Source: Schmidtea nova (Eukaryota). From it: 64,000 nucleotides of DNA. Position numbers and translations under genes: made by a program. How positions within the stretch are numbered: the stretch's first letter is position 1; each line of letters starts with the position of its first letter. The notes beneath the pieces are model-generated. The model did not search any database, was not told the origin of the DNA, and worked only from the letters and a program-made list of their open reading frames with translations. The stretch is taken from contig CM097882.1 in assembly GCA_044892505.1 (NCBI GenBank), forward strand, positions 100,254,001 through 100,318,000. The letters are read 5' to 3'. Below, piece after piece: positions 25,883-37,255 of this stretch.

Positions 25883-28110
25883 AGTAGGTAGATGTGTGGA
25901 GTCAAACACAAAGAAATGAGTCATAATGCGTGGGCGGAAAATTTTAAACAAAGAACTTTTTTTTTCGGAACCCCCCCCGGGGGGGTCAATTTTTTTTTTT
26001 TTTTTTTTTTTCGCGCCAAAAATTTTTGAATTTTTTTTTTTGAAAATTTTTTTTTTCGCGCCAAATTTAAATTTGAAAATTTTTTAACACAAAATTTTTT
26101 AACACAAATTATTTTTTTTTTTAACACAAAATTTTTTAACACAAAATTTTTTAACACAAAATTTTTTAACACAAAATTTTTTAACACAAATTTTTTCAAC
26201 ACAAAATTTTTTAACACAAATTTTTTCAACACAAAATTTTTTAACACAAAATTTTTTTTTTTTTCACAAATTTTTTTTTTAAAAATTTTTTTTTTTTTTT
26301 AAACAAAGAACTTTTTTATGCGTGGGCGTTAAAAATTTAAACAAAGAACTTTTTAATGCGTGGGCGTAAAAAATTTTTAAACAAAGAACTTTTTCGAGGC
26401 CCCCCCGGGGGGGTCAATTTTTTTTTTTTTTTTTTTTCGCGCCAAAAATTTTTGAATTTTTTTTTTGAAAATTTTTTTTTTTCGCGCCAAATTTAAATTT
26501 GAAAAATTTTTAACACAAAATTTTTTAACACAAATTTTTTTTTTTTAACAAAATTTTTTAACACAAAATTTTTTAACACAAAATTTTTTAACACAAAATT
26601 TTTTAACACAAATTTTTTCAACACAAAATTTTTTAACACAAATTTTTTCAACACAAAATTTTTTAACACAAAATTTTTTAACACAAATTTTTTCAACACA
26701 AAATTTTTTAACACAAAATTTTTTAACACAAATTTTTTCAACACAAAATTTTTTAACACAAAATTTTTTTTTTTTTCACAAATTTTTTTTTTAAAAATTT
26801 TTTTTTTTTTTTAAACAAAGAACTTTTTTATGCGTGGGCGTTAAAAATTTAAACAAAGAACTTTTTAATGCGTGGGCGTAAAAAAATTTTTAAACAAAGA
26901 ACTTTTTCGAGGCCCCCCCGGGGGGGTCAATTTTTTTTTTTTTTTTTTTTTCGCGCCAAAAATTTTTGAATTTTTTTTTTGAAAATTTTTTTTTTTCGCG
27001 CCAAATTTAAATTTGAAAAATTTTTAACACAAAATTTTTTAACACAAATTTTTTTTTTTTAACACAAAATTTTTTAACACAAAATTTTTTAACACAAAAT
27101 TTTTTAACACAAAATTTTTTAACACAAATTTTTTCAACACAAAATTTTTTAACACAAAATTTTTTAACACAAATTTTTTCAACACAAAATTTTTTAACAC
27201 AAAATTTTTTAACACAAATTTTTTCAACACAAAATTTTTTAACACAAAATTTTTTTTTTTTTCACAAATTTTTTTTAAAAATTTTTTTTTTTTTTTAAAC
27301 AAAGAACTTTTTTATGCGTGGGCGTAAAAAATTTAAACAAAGAACTTTTTAATGCGTGGGCGTAAAAATTTTTAAACAAAGAACTTTTTCGAGACCCCCC
27401 CCCGGGGGGGGGCTAATTTTTTTTTTTTTTTTTTTTTTTCAAAAATTATTTTTTCGCGCCAAAAATTTTTAAAATTTTTAAAAATTTATTTTTTTTTCAA
27501 ATTTTTTTTTTCCCGCCAAATTTATTATTGTAAAATAATTTTTTTTTTTTACACAAATTTTTTACACAAATTTTTTAACATAAATAATTTTAACAGAAAT
27601 ATTAGTCATCGAAAAGTTTGCAACACGCGTGCAACTTAAACAAAGACAATGCAATACATGTGCAAGACTTTGCAACACGCGTGCAACTTAAACAAAGACA
27701 ATGCAATACACGTGCAACATGAACAAAGACATTGAAAATAAAATTTATTTATAAATATATCGTTGTGTACGTGTACAAAATTTAGTTTCAAAATTATTTA
27801 CATCTGGATTATTACTCGGAATATTATTATTCATAGGAATATTATTCATTGTAATATTATTCATCGGAATACTAGTATTTGTCGGAATATTATTCTTTGG
27901 AATATTTGAAATCTTCTCCAGCCGTATGGATGCCGATAACATCATTATAATTATTAATATAAATAAACTTATATAATGTAATACAATGGCTGTTTTTTCA
28001 TTTTCAACTGTTTGATTTTGGTATCTGACTTCATATTCTTTTTTAACAAAAGTTTGATTGATACATTTTAATCGTTCAACTATTTTCATCATTATTTTGG
28101 CAATCATTTT
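25883..28110 (+). repeat. Left TIR of the Polinton (2.23 kb, internal block present three times)
   Basis: Reverse complement of 43544-44808 except that the block of C/G palindrome, AACACAAAATTTTTT array and GCGTGGGCG units (about 430-510 bp) occurs three times. Confidence 0.92.
27745..28107 (-). CDS. TIR-borne copy of the C-terminal 120 aa of the membrane protein at 43325-43909
   Basis: Identical translation from MIAKIMM onward; the upstream frame stays open into an N-masked tract. Confidence 0.5.
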   Translation of the reverse strand: MIAKIMMKIVERLKCINQTFVKKEYEVRYQNQTVENEKTAIVLHYISLFILIIIMMLSASIRLEKISNIPKNNIPTNTSIPMNNITMNNIPMNNNIPSNNPDVNNFETKFCTRTQRYIYK

Positions 28111-28959
28111 AATAATATTANNNNNNNNNNNNNNNNNNNNNNNNNNNNNNNNNNNNNNNNNNNNNNNNNNNNNNNNNNNNNNNNNNNNNNNNNNNNNNNN
28201 NNNNNNNNNNNNNNNNNNNNNNNNNNNNNNNNNNNNNNNNNNNNNNNNNNNNNNNNNNNNNNNNNNNNNNNNNNNNNNNNNNNNNNNNNNNNNNNNNNNN
28301 NNNNNNNNNNNNNNNNNNNNNNNNNNNNNNNNNNNNNNNNNNNNNNNNNNNNNNNNNNNNNNNNNNATAATAACTTATAATNNNNNNNNNNNNNNNNNNN
28401 NNNNNNNNNNNNNNNNNNNNNNNNNNNNNNNNNNNNNNNNNNNNNNNNNNNNNNNNNNNNNNNNNNNNNNNNNNNNNNNNNNNNNNNNNNNNNNNNNNNN
28501 NNNNNNNNNNNNNNNNNNNNNNNNNNNNNNNNNNNNNNNNNNNNNNNNNNNNNNNNNNNNNNNNNNNNNNNNNNNNNNNNNNNNNNNNNNNNNNNNNNNN
28601 NNNNNNNNNNNNNNNNNNNNNNNNNNNNNNNNNNNNNNNNNNNNNNNNNNNNNNNNNNNNNNNNNNNNNNNNNNNNNNNNNNNNNNNNNNNNNNNNNNNN
28701 NNNNNNNNNNNNNNNNNNNNNNNNNNNNNNNNNNNNNNNNNNNNNNNNNNNNNNNNNNNNNNNNNNNNNNNNNNNNNNNNNNNNNNNNNNNNNNNNNNNN
28801 NNNTTATAATAATAATAATAACTTGTAATAAAAATATTCAACACATAAAAAATATTCAACACATTAAAAATATTGTCATAGTTTTTATTGATTGCGCAAT
28901 ATTATTAACAATCAAAAAATAAGGCCCTAAAGAGGACCATTATTTCATTCTCAATCTTT

Positions 28960-29400
28960 TTTCATATTTCTTTTCGGTTTTCATATTTCTTTTCGGTTTT
29001 CATATTTCTTTTCTGTTTATCTTTTCGGTTATCATATTTCTTTTCGGTTTTTCGTTTCGGTTTTCATATTTCTTTTTAGTTTTGATATTTCTTTTATGTA
29101 TGTTCTTTTCGGATTCTTTTCTGTTTTCATTTCAGTATTATTTTCTGTTTTCACAATCTGTTTTTCTGATTTCCTTTCTGTTTTCATAATAAATTTTAAC
29201 AATTGAATTTCCTTTCTGTTTTCTTAAATCTAAAATCTAAATTTTTAAAAACTGATTGTTACAATCAAAAATTGTGGCCCTGAAGAGGGCCGATTGTGCA
29301 TTCGCATATCTTTCTGGTTTTTTTTTTTGATTTTCTGTTTTTGGATTTTTTGATTTTTTTTTTTTTGATTTTCTCTTAATTTTTTTTTTCTTTCCATTTT
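28960..29400. repeat. Low-complexity 17-18 bp repeats (TCATATTTCTTTTCGGTT-like) downstream of pPolB
   Basis: Tandem degenerate copies visible from 28962. Confidence 0.7.
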
Positions 29401-29422
29401 CTTATAGATTTATATCTAGCCA

Positions 29423-29498
29423 TCATCGCAAATAATTATGCTCCGGCTCTTCGTAAAATAAATACGGATCATCTTGTAGCTGTTGTTGTAGCTGCTGC

Positions 29499-29532
<34 letters not shown>

Positions 29533-32500
29533 GCTGTTGTTCATTCTGAGGCTGCTCCGTATCTAAAATACTGTTACCCCCTCTATAATGGCCATATGCC
29601 AGGCTTTTATTTTTCCCTACCCAATTGCGCTTGTCATCTCTACAGCTTAATGCCCGCTTATTATTTTTCACACTAAAAAGCTGGTGATTTTTTGATGTTA
29701 TCCTAAACTGGGGGACCGTATAGATCTTATTATTTAAATAGCAATCGAGATACGACTGATGAGTTAGTCCAGTATCCTTCATGCATATCCCCTTAGCCTT
29801 CATACTTTCCTCATCACCCATTAAGCTGTAGCATTTCGGTCTAAGAAACACCCACTCTTTATACAACATCCCTTTACTCTCGTCTTTGAACTTTCCAATG
29901 ACAGAGTCAAGGTTTCTGTTGTATAAAGGATCCATAGGGTCATAATTAGAGGTGTCCAGCAAGCAATCATTAACCATAGCCGGTAAAAGAGTGTCAAGAC
30001 TACAGTTTTTGACCTCAAGAAAAAAGGAGTCAGTATCCCCAGCGACGATGTTAATCTTACAGTTGTAGTCGTCACGATATTTTTGTAACTCTACATACTG
30101 TAGCTGGTACATTCTTAGTTTGGATAAATCCAGTACAGTTTGACCGATGTAGCTGGGTCTATCCAAACATACTGACTCCTTTCGCAGCAAGACAGAAATA
30201 AGGTCATTATCGATTTTATTTGTTTTACGAAACGTAGGTTTCGAGCAATAAGTTATTAATTTTTCGGCATTATTACATAGTCGTAAATTAATACGTTTTT
30301 TTAAATTTTCAACAGTCTTGCCGTAAAGACTGTTGTTTAATAATTTATAAAAATCTCGATCTAATTTAGTTGTTGACGCCGATCGTAACGTCGTATTTGT
30401 GTTGATATAATTTAAAAAAATTTTATCTTGATTAAATTTTATGGCCCTGTGGACCTTTGTTATGACGATGCCTAATTTAAGAAATAGTTGCAGAAGCCGC
30501 CAATGAAGAACATAGTTCTTCTTTGGATTATGCGTGAGCATCAGCTTCTCAACCTTGGATCCCGGTGCACACATCTTTTCAGCGGCAACTGGAAGATCAT
30601 CCAGTTTGTCGTGAATTGATGCCGGTATCTCCAAATCCACTTCTATGGTGTAGCCATAATGAAGTGCATCTAGATCAACCGATGTGCACTGACAAACGAT
30701 TTCATTTAATAAGTGGTCATCTGTGACCCATTCAAAATTAGAACAAGGTAAAGGTTGGCTTAAGGCCCATCCATACAAGTTATTGATGTCTATGTAAAGC
30801 AATGAGGTATCCGGGCTTGTTTTTACATAGTGTTTGTTAATAAAAGTTAGTCCGCCACGGATACCGCCCTCGAAAAAATTGTACATTTCCATATCGGTGA
30901 GGAGCTCGATTGGAGATTCTAAGGTCATTAAGGCAGAACTCCAAGATAAACTTGGAATCCCGAGGAAATTCAGAGGTTCAAGTCTATTATGATTAATAGA
31001 CTTGAAACGAAATTGCTGGAAAAAATCAGCAAGTAAAAAAACGTCCAGTTTTAAATAAACCATCATGTAATCAAAAAGTGAATTACATGATGTTTCAATC
31101 CATATTCTTTGCGCCATTGCATATTCTTCTGGCTTTACATCTTTCCAGATCGGCGGGAGAGCTAAAGTAGAATGTAAAACTTCTAAGGAAGTTGCAGCAT
31201 CATAGGGAAAAATGCCCTTGGCTGTAATTATAGTGCCTTGAAATTCTGATTCGGTGAGTGGTAAGGAAGTAAGAGTTTTGACAGCATTATTTAAAGACTC
31301 GCTGACGAATTGGTATGAGTCTATGAATTTGACAGTTAAAGAGTCAATCCTAGCAAAAAGACTAAGAAATTTCTCACTTGTTAATGGAATACAGCTAATA
31401 TTCCATTTACGATATTTAGATAAACCATATTTTAGAATATGGTGTAGATCATACCCCTTTAAATTGTGAAAGATGACAGGAAGGGTATGTCTAATCTGCC
31501 TATTTTTATTACATTCTGAGCAAGCTGCTCCAAGAAAAAGACCGGTGAAATGGTCATGGTCCCTAACAGGTCGACATAATAGCTTTTTGCATAAATAACA
31601 AATTGTGCTGTTGTTAAATTCAATTTGTTGCTCATGGCTAATTATCATAGTTTTATTAGCGTTTTTATAATAGTACGGCGTTACTATGTGGCGACTTATA
31701 AGCTCTATTTCATTTAGAAAATCCTCTACACAATTAAGGCCTGCAAAAGATTTATAGGATTTTTGTCCAGTAAAGTTGTTAATTAATAACAAACCCGCAG
31801 AAATAGGCAAATGCTTTTGGAAATACCTGGTGTCCGCAGGTAAGATTGCCTCAAAGTCGGCATAAATAACAAAGGGAGGAGTCACTGTTTTGCGCCATTC
31901 AGTAAATTCCAGCATCTTATTTTTTGGTAAAGTGTACAAAGTTGTACCAGTTTGATTCTTATCACAAAGACCCCTATGCCTATTGAAAACCTCATCATTT
32001 CGAAAACCATTTAAGCACCTCGGACACCATTTACTACAAATCCTTACCGAAGTTATCGCGCTATTACGGCAATTCAAAAAACGATTCAAATCAAAGATGC
32101 CTATATAATGAAAAGTTTTTCTGTTTTGAAGTAATAACAGATTTATTGGGGTACCACCTACAACTTTTGACTTGTAAATTAAGTCAATAAAAGGATGTTT
32201 AAGGACAATATCCTCATTTTCATCAATAAGATCTAATAAGGGATTTTCATCATATGACAAAACATTGACGCTATAACCTGGGTTTTGTCTCTCAAATTTA
32301 CTTATATTACCAAGTCTCATAGGCATATCATTGGGGTCATAATTCAATTGTGAAAGATTATAAGAGGAAGGAATGCAACGAGTTTCATTTGTTAAACTGT
32401 CATATTTAATTATAGAAAGGAAACTATATAAAAAACAAAAGTTGTCCTGATTTACCACATTAACTAAACATTTCTTTTTCCTTAAAGATTTCGGAGTTTC

Positions 32501-34787
32501 GATAAACTGACTTCCGCTTAATCGAGTTATTTCAGAGTATCTGGTCAAGACAAAGCTAATGTATTCAACTTTTGAGATAGTCCAGTTACTACCTTTCTCA
32601 TTTATCGCGATGATTTTTTCATTTAAAAGAGCAATACCTTCCTCAATGAAGGTATCACTCCAGACCCTGGCAGAATTTGAGATAACGAACGATTGTAATT
32701 CATCGTCCTTCTCAAATTCCACCTTCAAACAGAATTGAATTTTAACAGTTTTATATTTGTTAACTTGAAAAGTTAATTTTTCTAAAAGAATTGTCGGTAC
32801 TGAGACCGTTTTCAAATTAAGATTTTCCACGTCCATTTTAACAATTATATGATTGTTATTTAGGTCATTGACGATTTCGACGGCACCATATCCGATTTGG
32901 TTATTATTTAAATTATTTAAATTATTTACATTATTATTTAAATTTTCATCATCACTGATGACTATTAATTCATCATCAGTGAGATCTATTATTTGAATTT
33001 TAGTAGGAACTGAATCCGGAATTTTAATATGTTTTCGTTTATTATTTGTATTATTTATATTATTGATATTATTTGTATTATTTATATTATTTGTTTGATT
33101 ATTATTTGTATTATTTATAGTATTATTTAGATTATTTGTATTATTTATAGTATTATTTAGATTATTGTTATTTATATTATTATTATTTATAGTATTATTT
33201 ATAGTATTATTTATAGGATTATTAATAAAATTAGGAAAAAGTTCCTTAAATAAAATTTTCTTAGACGGTTGAAACTGTGAAAGATGGCTACAGTGCCTAT
33301 TAAAGAAGTCTATATATGGGCAAATTTCGATAAGTTTACAGGTGGGGCATATGAGGTGGGTAACAGTATTATATGGCAACGAGTAGTATTTTTCCATAAT
33401 GATATGACAATCATTATGGAACCTACTGTTGCAAAAATTTTTGTAGGTTGAACCTGAATTTTAAAATAAAAAAATAATTAAATAAATTATCAATATAAAT
33501 AATGAAAATAAAAAATAATATAAAGTAAAATGGATATTTCATAATATAATTATATAACATAAATATCTTTATTGAAAAATCAAAATTTCATAATATAATT
33601 CTATTTCCTAAATGTTTTTATTGAAATATCAATATTTCATAATATAATTCTATTTCCTAAATGTTTTTATTGAAATATCAATATTTCATAATATAATGAT
33701 ATAACATAAATATTTTTTATTGAAAAGTAAAATAGACATTTCATAATATAATTCTATAAGATAAATGTTTTTTATTGAAAAGTAAAATGGATATTTCCTA
33801 ATATAATGGTATAAGATAAATGTTTTTTATTGAAAAGTAAAATGGATATTTCCTAATATAATGTTATAACATAAATGTTTTTTAGTGAAAATGGATATTT
33901 CATAATAAAATTCTAGTACATAAATGTCTTTTAACAAAAATTATAATTCATATTTCATAATATAATGCTATAACATAAATACTTTTTATTGAAAATGGAT
34001 ATTTCATAATATAATGGTATAACATAAATGTCTTTTAACAAAAATTATAATTCATATTTCATAATATAATGCTATAACATAAATACTTTTAATATTATAC
34101 TTTTAAATAATTTAGTAATTGTTTTTATAAACCATTACTAAATTATTTAAAAATAATATATTAAAAGTATTATTTATATTAAAAAGTTAAATTAAAAAAG
34201 TTAAATTATAAATCAATAATGATTAATACATACATTTGTTCTTCCCATAAATTGGGGCATCCAGATTAATAGGAGCATTTCTCGGGACGTCAGCAACTTT
34301 CGGGACGTCAGCAACTTTCGGGACATCATCATGATTCGGGACCTCATCGTCCATATCGACATTTCTCATAATATTCATATTATCTGAAACATTTATAATG
34401 AAATAATATTAATAAAATAAATAAATAAATTACAATTAGATCGTCCCATTGACGAAAATCCACCCATCCTTGATGTTGATGCTTCGGCATTGTTGTTGTT
34501 GTAGTTGTTACTATTATTAACTAAAGTAATAGTAAAATAATAATAAAAAATAATAATAAATATTACCCAAAAATCTAATCCCATTATTCTCATTAATACG
34601 AATCCTTGGAGCAACATTCATATCTATCGATTGATCGTCTTGTCCCATCATAACATGAGCGATATTTCGCGCTATATTCATTTCTGAAATAATAATAATA
34701 ATAATAAAAAATAAAAATAAAAATAATAAATTTACCATTTACACCTCCTGCGAGATGTCTTTCCTTTACGATTCGGATATTGTTCAT
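29423..34787 (-). CDS. polB: Protein-primed family B DNA polymerase with terminal-protein region; predicted five exons, 1478 aa (the single ORF 29423-33397 gives 1324 aa)
   Basis: Exo II FHNLKGYD, motif A YIDINNLYG, motif B KLLNNSLYGK, motif C GDTDS, HDHFTG..CN zinc insert, poly-Q tail. Predicted exons 34787-34736, 34683-34567, 34520-34434, 34383-34234 and 33453-29423 join in frame at GT-AG sites. The polymerase call is firm; the 5' exons are a prediction. Confidence 0.9.
33525..34110. repeat. Degenerate minisatellite of about 55-60 bp inside the predicted fourth polB intron
   Basis: About ten copies of ATATTTCATAATATAAT..TATAACATAAATG..TTTATTGAAAA. Confidence 0.85.
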
Positions 34788-34854
34788 AATTGTTTGATAT
34801 TAATTTAAAATTGATTTAAAAAATTTGTAAGTAAAAAGTGACGAAATAATGCAA

Positions 34855-35060
34855 GTATATACTATATAAAGATGAATTTTATTAACCGACCAATCAGAAT
34901 CGAGATAGGATAGGCAAATACATGCACACATACTGCACACACAATGTACCTTTGTTTATGTGTGTTTGACGTCACGATATTGCTTTGTATCGTGACAAAG
35001 ACATGATATGACGTGTTTCATCATGTGCTTATCACGCACTGATCACGCACTGGTCATGTC
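34855..35060 (-). promoter_or_regulatory. Predicted promoter of the spliced polB gene
   Basis: TATA-like 34855-34870, CCAAT box 34890-34894, CRE TGACGTCA 34967-34974, ACAAAGACA 34995-35003. Confidence 0.55.
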
Positions 35061-35148
35061 TTTATGATTAAAATAATAATATTTAATATTAATAATAATA
35101 AAAATAATAATATTTTAAAAAATAATAATAAAAAATAATAAAATACAT

Positions 35149-35550
35149 TTATTGCTTTAAATAATCTACAACAGCAGACAAGCACCCTTTATAGGCACAC
35201 ATACAATGGTCTTTATAGGGACATGAAATGTTTTCAGGAACATATTCAACTTCTTTATAAGTATATTTGATTAATCTTAATTTCGGGAAATACTTCTTCA
35301 AAACATACATCTTTTCATTATCGGTAACATAGAAAATAGCTCCTTTATCTGTGATATCATCCATTATACATTTTGGGCAAAAATAATCTTGTCCTTCAAA
35401 CGATTCTATACGATCAGGCCATAAAGATAAATCACTGTATATATAATACTGGGGTGTGAAAATATTATTAACATTCATAATACATAATTCCTTAATTGTT
35501 GTTCCACCCATTTCATTATAACCATAAAAATCGATAAAATAACAAGACAT
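35149..35550 (-). CDS. 133-aa protein resembling small DEDD/DnaQ exonuclease-like Polinton ORFs (probably non-catalytic)
   Basis: YFIDFYGY...IKELCI N-terminus, FYVTDNEK..LKKY and a C-terminal Cys/His cluster CPYKDHCMCA; recognised from memory of motifs only. Confidence 0.5.
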   Translation of the reverse strand: MSCYFIDFYGYNEMGGTTIKELCIMNVNNIFTPQYYIYSDLSLWPDRIESFEGQDYFCPKCIMDDITDKGAIFYVTDNEKMYVLKKYFPKLRLIKYTYKEVEYVPENISCPYKDHCMCAYKGCLSAVVDYLKQ

Positions 35551-35582
35551 TTTTTCAAATAAAATATATTAAAATAAATTGT

Positions 35583-35960
35583 TTATAACATTGATTTTAA
35601 CCATGCAAGGCAATGTTCACCACAAGTGATTGTTAAAGGATGCTGATATCGAATTCTATTATACACAATAGGTTTACCAATAGTTTGAAGTTTTCGAACA
35701 AGTAAATTCGGATAATAATATCCAAAGGGATCAAATACATGTATTCGATCTGGTTTCACATAAACTGCAATCCAATGTTCACCGCCCAACGTAGATGTCT
35801 GAGTATTTACAATGATGGCTTGATTCATTTTCAAATAAGGTATTTTATCCAGAGGAAATACTCCAATAAATTGATTTCCCAATAGTTTTTTACCTTGATG
35901 TCATACCTGAATAGAACTAATTAAAAATAAATAACTAATCAAATAAAAATCTTACTCCAT
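35583..35960 (-). CDS. Adenain-like cysteine protease (49-nt intron 35907-35955; one-base frame discrepancy at 35886-35891)
   Basis: Catalytic His (GEHWIAVY), Asp (FDPFG), Gln and Cys (YQHPLTITCGEHC); ATGGA|GTAAG...TTCAG junction. Confidence 0.9.
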
Positions 35961-36034
35961 GATGATAATAATAATAATAATAATAATAACTTTGGTCATT
36001 TATACTGTTTAAACCAATAATGTTTGAGCTCTGC

Positions 36035-37255
36035 TCAAACTAATATTGTTCGATTGGCAGTAATTTGTACTTCATTTTCAAAAACTCCATATATAATTAC
36101 ATGAACCGGTTCATCAATGGGTTTTGCAAACTTTATATCGAGTCGTAAATTCCCGTTTTGAGGGATTTGGCTTTGATTCAAATCGAAATCGGGAGCGAGC
36201 ACAAATGTAAAGAATGGATATTTACTTTTAAATTCATCCAGACTTATACCACAATTCAAGTTTTTATCCAAATATCCTAGATTTCGGACAAGACTTTGCA
36301 TATATGTGGCACTAAAATTATCATTTTCAAAATCTTGAGTATAAGTTTCTCGAAAATCGGTATTTTTCGATAACGATAATGAAGTCACATTGAAATGTTT
36401 GAATGTAGATGCAGATTCAGCATATGATCCATTATATTGATTTTCAGTTTGAAAAGCCACAAGAATGAAATTAGGCATTCTTCTATCTCCAAATATTTGC
36501 TCCTTGTAAAATGACGATGCCCCTTTACCGATTGCAAACGATACGATTTCTTTAGATTTTAATGGATAAATTGCATGTTTACTATTTAAACCAATTTGAT
36601 GACCGGCCAAAACTGAAGATTCACATCGAACTCTTCTTACCATTAATTTTGCATCAACTATTTGGATTATAGGTTTCCCAGCTGCAGATTTCAATGATAA
36701 TGAAGATTCAGATCTCTTCAATCTAATATGTACATTAACTCCGGGAAGTAAGTATTTTGGTTGATCCATAAAATCGAGTTGTAATGATGAACACATGTTG
36801 AAAAGTTTAGATCCCTTGATCCATTTTTTCCGATCGTCAGATGAACCATATCCCATTGGAGTAAGACATGTTTCTTTTGTATCGCTAGTATAATTTAAAA
36901 CAGTTTCGATTATGGCCTTGTGTGCATATGTATTGTTTCCACCCTCGATTTTTATATTATTAAATCCAAGAATCGCATCTTTGAAAAGAGTATGAAATAG
37001 GTAATTATTAGGCACTACATCACTCGCATCAACTAATTTATTTTTATCTTTATCTAGAACCTTGACAGTAACGAATAATAAAGTATCGTTCAAATCCAAA
37101 TATTCGGTTGCCGATCCATTAATGTAAAATTCAACATTATTTCTACTATCTGTAATAGAATTCATTGGAAAAACATCTTCAAACACCCCATATTCAATAA
37201 CTGCTTGAGGTGATGGTCGATCAAAAAGACATAATTCAGATTTACCGCAAATCAT
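36035..37255 (-). CDS. Double jelly-roll major capsid protein (hexon-like), 406 aa
   Basis: CGKSELCLF..P.Q N-terminus, EYLDLNDTLLFV, NNYLFHTLFKD, KYLLPGVNVHIRL, GNLRLDIKF, typical of Polinton major capsids. Confidence 0.9.
   Translation of the reverse strand: MICGKSELCLFDRPSPQAVIEYGVFEDVFPMNSITDSRNNVEFYINGSATEYLDLNDTLLFVTVKVLDKDKNKLVDASDVVPNNYLFHTLFKDAILGFNNIKIEGGNNTYAHKAIIETVLNYTSDTKETCLTPMGYGSSDDRKKWIKGSKLFNMCSSLQLDFMDQPKYLLPGVNVHIRLKRSESSLSLKSAAGKPIIQIVDAKLMVRRVRCESSVLAGHQIGLNSKHAIYPLKSKEIVSFAIGKGASSFYKEQIFGDRRMPNFILVAFQTENQYNGSYAESASTFKHFNVTSLSLSKNTDFRETYTQDFENDNFSATYMQSLVRNLGYLDKNLNCGISLDEFKSKYPFFTFVLAPDFDLNQSQIPQNGNLRLDIKFAKPIDEPVHVIIYGVFENEVQITANRTILV

Noticed and set aside
26085-27250. 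CRISPR-like array
   Set aside because: Units are head-to-tail with no unique spacers, there are no cas genes, and the context is eukaryotic.
25921-27302. ORFs made of KNFVL/KKFVL repeats (also 44373-44627)
   Set aside because: They are translations of the 15-bp TIR tandem repeat with non-ATG starts; no coding evidence.
34223-34240. C-terminal KCMY as a CaaX prenylation signal
   Set aside because: The Cys is third from the end, not fourth, and the sequence is better explained as a GTATGT splice donor.
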